Assembly (NCBI GenBank): GCA_037443205.1
Contig: JBBIOU010000002.1
Location: 118,849-182,848 of the forward strand
DNA from: Flavobacteriales bacterium
GTDB lineage: Bacteria > Bacteroidota > Bacteroidia > Flavobacteriales_D > UBA2798
Length of the DNA stretch: 64,000 bases
Direction of reading: 5' to 3'
The translations under genes and the position numbers were made by a program. Shown in pieces: positions 60,958-64,000 of this stretch (positions are counted from its first letter, which is position 1; the number at the start of each line of letters is the position of its first letter). The notes beneath the pieces are model-generated. The model was not told the origin of the DNA and did not search any database. It saw only the letters and a list, made by a program, of their open reading frames with translations.

Positions 60958-62292
60958 TTATATCATACCTCTGGATTTTAATTCCAAATATTTATTGATG
61001 GTATCAACTGATAATTTTTCGGGACTGGTTAGTACACATTGTATCCCTAAATTTTTTAATTCGTAAACCATAAGCTTCTTTTCGAAAATAAGATTTTGAG
61101 CAATGGTTTTTGTATAAATATCTTTTAATGAATTAGCGGGGATTTGAGTTATGTTTACCAACTCGCTGTTTTCAAAAAATATCACTACGAGCAAGTGTTG
61201 CTTATTTAACTTTCTTAATACAGGCAATGCTCGTTGCAGTGCATAATGACTTTCAAAATTGGTAAAAAGCAAAAGCAGACTGCGGCCTTTGATGGTTTTT
61301 AAAACGGCATGATATAACAATTCATAATTGCTTTCCAGAAAATGTGTTTTTTGTTTATAAAGAATTTCGAGTATGCGTTTTATTTGTGTTGAATTACTTT
61401 CTGATTTTAATCTGCTACCTATCTTATTACTAAATGTAATCAAGCCGGCACGGTCGTATTTTCTGAGAGCGATATTAGAAATTACCAGAGCTGAATTAAT
61501 GGCATAATCAAGCAAAGTCATACCTGAAAAGGGCATTTGCATGGATCTGCTTTTATCTATTATACAATATACCTGTTGCGATTTTTCATCTTCATATTGG
61601 TTAACCATTAATTCATTTTTACGACTGGTGGCTTTCCAGTTTATGCTTCTGTAATCATCTCCCTGCACGTAGTTTTTAATTTGTTCAAATTCGTTGCTAT
61701 GTCCTAATCTACGAACACGTTTGATACCTTGGGACAAGGATAATTTTGAAAACACCTGTAATTCATATTTGCGCATTTGTATAACCGATGGATATACCGA
61801 AACTGTTTTTTTTGCGCTTATTGTTATTCTTCGTTGTATTAAATTAAGAGGGGTAGAAATGAAAATATGTATGTTTCCAAACTCATATATTCCTCTGTCA
61901 AGCGGTTTTATCAGATAGCTTAATGATTTAGTTTCTCCGGGGTTGAGCTGTGTCTTTAATTTTAAATTTCGCAACTGTAACTGATAGGGTGCTTCATCTA
62001 TCACTTCTAAGAAAACCGGAATACGCATTTTACTGAACACTTTGATTTTTACGGGTTGCTCATCACCTAAGGATAATTGATTATGAACAAAACGATTGGC
62101 AAGTATGGTATTACCGCTCAAATAAAGTACTATACCATCTGCCGTAAGTAATGAACATACAACCACCAACGCAAATCTTGCTAAAGGAAATAAATAAACA
62201 TAGTTATAACTAAATACGAACAGGGTAATTACAATTGTAATTAATAAAAACAAGCGTGACTTAAGAAATATGCTTTTAATAAATTTTATCAC
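60958..62292 (-). CDS. DUF58 domain protein (membrane-anchored, VWA-like)
   Basis: Two N-terminal TM helices are present. The DUF58 signature reads GDDYRSINWKATSRKNELMVNQYEDEK. The gene overlaps the MoxR gene by 4 nt. Confidence 0.85.
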   Translation of the reverse strand: MIKFIKSIFLKSRLFLLITIVITLFVFSYNYVYLFPLARFALVVVCSLLTADGIVLYLSGNTILANRFVHNQLSLGDEQPVKIKVFSKMRIPVFLEVIDEAPYQLQLRNLKLKTQLNPGETKSLSYLIKPLDRGIYEFGNIHIFISTPLNLIQRRITISAKKTVSVYPSVIQMRKYELQVFSKLSLSQGIKRVRRLGHSNEFEQIKNYVQGDDYRSINWKATSRKNELMVNQYEDEKSQQVYCIIDKSRSMQMPFSGMTLLDYAINSALVISNIALRKYDRAGLITFSNKIGSRLKSESNSTQIKRILEILYKQKTHFLESNYELLYHAVLKTIKGRSLLLLFTNFESHYALQRALPVLRKLNKQHLLVVIFFENSELVNITQIPANSLKDIYTKTIAQNLIFEKKLMVYELKNLGIQCVLTSPEKLSVDTINKYLELKSRGMI

Positions 62293-63305
62293 CTGGGTAC
62301 TTGTGTTTTTTGAATAATTTCAAAGATTACGTCTTCAGGTTTTAATCCTTCCATTTCTGCTTCGGGGGTAAGTATAATACGGTGATTTAAAACAAATGGT
62401 GCAAGGTATTGTATATCATCAGGCAAAATAAAATCTCTGCCCTTAATTGCTGCTAGCGCCTTTGCAGATTTAATCATAGCCAGCGATGCACGTGGTGACG
62501 CTCCCAGATAAAGCTTACCATGCTCACGCGTACTGTAAACAATTTCGGCAATGTATTTAACTAATTGTTCTTCTATTTTAACTCTTTTAACGCATTCCTG
62601 CAGCTCATTTAATAATTCGGGTGTAAACACCGGCTGTATTTCTTCGAGTGATGGTGTTTTTATTTCATCTTTATATCGAAGTAAAATTTGTTGTTCTTCG
62701 GTTAAAGTAGGGTAATTTAATTTAATTCTGAATATAAAGCGATCCAGTTGTGCTTCGGGCAAACGGTATGTTCCTTCTTGTTCTATGGGGTTTTGGGTTG
62801 CCAACACTAAAAATGGATATTGCATAATGTAAGTTTGTCCGTCATAGGTGGCTTGTCTTTCTTCCATCACTTCAAAAAGTGCTGCCTGAGTTTTGGCAGG
62901 TGCTCTGTTTATCTCGTCTATCAAAACTATGTTGGCAAAAACCGGCCCTTTTCTGAAAACAAATTCACCATCTTTTTGATTATACACTGATGTTCCGATT
63001 ACGTCTGAAGGCATTAAATCAGGTGTAAATTGTATTCTGGAAAATTTTACCGAAAAAGTTTGTGCCAGTAATTTTGCAGTTAATGTTTTGGCAATACCCG
63101 GCACTCCTTCTAATAAAATGTGCCCGTTTGCCAGCATTCCGACTAATAACAAATCTATCATATCGTCTTGTCCGATCAGGTATTTTTTTATCTCCAAACG
63201 TGTCGCATGGATGGCATCGGTTATTTTTTTTACATTCTCTGCCGATTGATTTAGCAGTGGATTAATAATATTTCCGTCCGGATTTTGATTGATGTTTTCT
63301 TCCAT
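62289..63305 (-). CDS. MoxR-family AAA+ ATPase
   Basis: Walker A is LLEGVPGIAKT and Walker B is VLIDEINRA. The motifs ATQNP and LPEAQLDRF are present. Confidence 0.93.
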   Translation of the reverse strand: MEENINQNPDGNIINPLLNQSAENVKKITDAIHATRLEIKKYLIGQDDMIDLLLVGMLANGHILLEGVPGIAKTLTAKLLAQTFSVKFSRIQFTPDLMPSDVIGTSVYNQKDGEFVFRKGPVFANIVLIDEINRAPAKTQAALFEVMEERQATYDGQTYIMQYPFLVLATQNPIEQEGTYRLPEAQLDRFIFRIKLNYPTLTEEQQILLRYKDEIKTPSLEEIQPVFTPELLNELQECVKRVKIEEQLVKYIAEIVYSTREHGKLYLGASPRASLAMIKSAKALAAIKGRDFILPDDIQYLAPFVLNHRIILTPEAEMEGLKPEDVIFEIIQKTQVPR

Positions 63306-63311
63306 ATTATT

Positions 63312-64000
63312 TTAATTACAGTTATTGTAAAAATATTCCAGTTGTTGATGCAAGTTTATAAGTTCTTCACGGGATGTATGACTTATATTTTGCATCTTTT
63401 CAAATGTTGTGTGTAAGGTAAAAATTTTTTCTTTATCAACGCCCGATTTTCTGGCTAATATTTCGAGTATTACAGGATTATTATCGGTTATACTTAAAAA
63501 ATATTTTTCGCGTATGTAATGGAGCCAGATTTTTCGCATTTGTAAGGCAATGCTTTTGTGTTTGTGTTGTTGCAGGTATATACCACTTAATATTTGGGCA
63601 AATTCTACCGAGGTATTTTTTTTCTCTTCAACCGGGGGTATAATACTTTGTTTACGCTTACTGCGAAACAACAAATACAAAGCAACCGCTGACAGCATTG
63701 TATAAAAAGCCCATCGTAAGGGCGGGTTTCTTAAAATAAATTGCAATGGGCTTTCTTTAATTTTATTTATCGTTTGTTTATCCTGGTTGATTATTTCGAG
63801 AGCCGCATATTTATCCCATATAATATTTCCATCGGGTAAATGAGATAATAACTTTTCGGCATGTTGTACATTGCGTTCTTTAAGCATCGAAATGTTGGTA
63901 AAACAAAGCGGAACGCTATGAAAATAAAATGCTCCTTTGCCATAAGGAATTTTTATAAAAACCGGATGTTTGTTTTCGTTTATTTCGAGAACTTTATATT
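63312..64000 (-). CDS. DUF4350-like membrane protein; 5' end lies outside the window
   Basis: The frame stays open from the track Met at 63887 to the window edge. The upstream residues read ..NKHPVFIKIPYGKGAFYFHSVPLCFTNISMLKERNVQHAEKLLSHL. A TM helix (WAFYTMLSAVALYLLF) follows. Confidence 0.7.
   Translation of the reverse strand, partial: YKVLEINENKHPVFIKIPYGKGAFYFHSVPLCFTNISMLKERNVQHAEKLLSHLPDGNIIWDKYAALEIINQDKQTINKIKESPLQFILRNPPLRWAFYTMLSAVALYLLFRSKRKQSIIPPVEEKKNTSVEFAQILSGIYLQQHKHKSIALQMRKIWLHYIREKYFLSITDNNPVILEILARKSGVDKEKIFTLHTTFEKMQNISHTSREELINLHQQLEYFYNNCN

Overview
The window looks like a low-GC Bacteroidota chromosomal segment. The evidence is T9SS type-A and type-B C-terminal sorting domains, TAnnTTTG-type -7 promoter boxes with short leaders lacking Shine-Dalgarno sequences, and a MurF-Alr fusion. 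All family assignments come from reading the supplied translations and recognising motifs by eye; no HMM or BLAST search was run. Hand-derived coordinates of small motifs may be off by 1-2 nt.

Most of the window is housekeeping:
- ribE and pdxA
- yceD-like, rpmF, plsX, fabH, accB, accC cluster
- polA, lepA, pheS, tdk, typA, ttcA
- Nif3-like protein plus zinc-ribbon protein
- murF-alr fusion
- divergent oxyR-like regulator and katG
- one tRNA with anticodon CAT

The accessory content is:
1. Five T9SS cargo proteins. Both edge genes are truncated by the window.
2. A divergent five-gene locus at 17.4-26.1 kb. It holds a TonB-dependent transporter, a DUF5689-like lipoprotein, a T9SS-secreted paralogue of that lipoprotein's barrel module, an EEP nuclease and an endonuclease-I/T9SS protein. 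I read it as a candidate extracellular nucleic-acid capture, degradation and uptake system. It is my best candidate for an under-described system here.
3. A signalling island at 26.2-31.2 kb with two tandem LytTR response regulators, a beta-propeller LytS-type kinase and a tiny low-complexity lipoprotein. Spaced direct repeats sit in its promoter regions.
4. A 1746-aa cytoplasmic protein with TPR repeats, six GAF modules and a PP2C/SpoIIE domain, with no partner-switching genes nearby.
5. A partial DUF4350-like, MoxR, DUF58 module.

Other points are a frameshifted lipocalin-like lipoprotein gene and a GC-rich structured island inside the largest intergenic gap. I found no rRNA, CRISPR array, transposase, integrase or phage gene.
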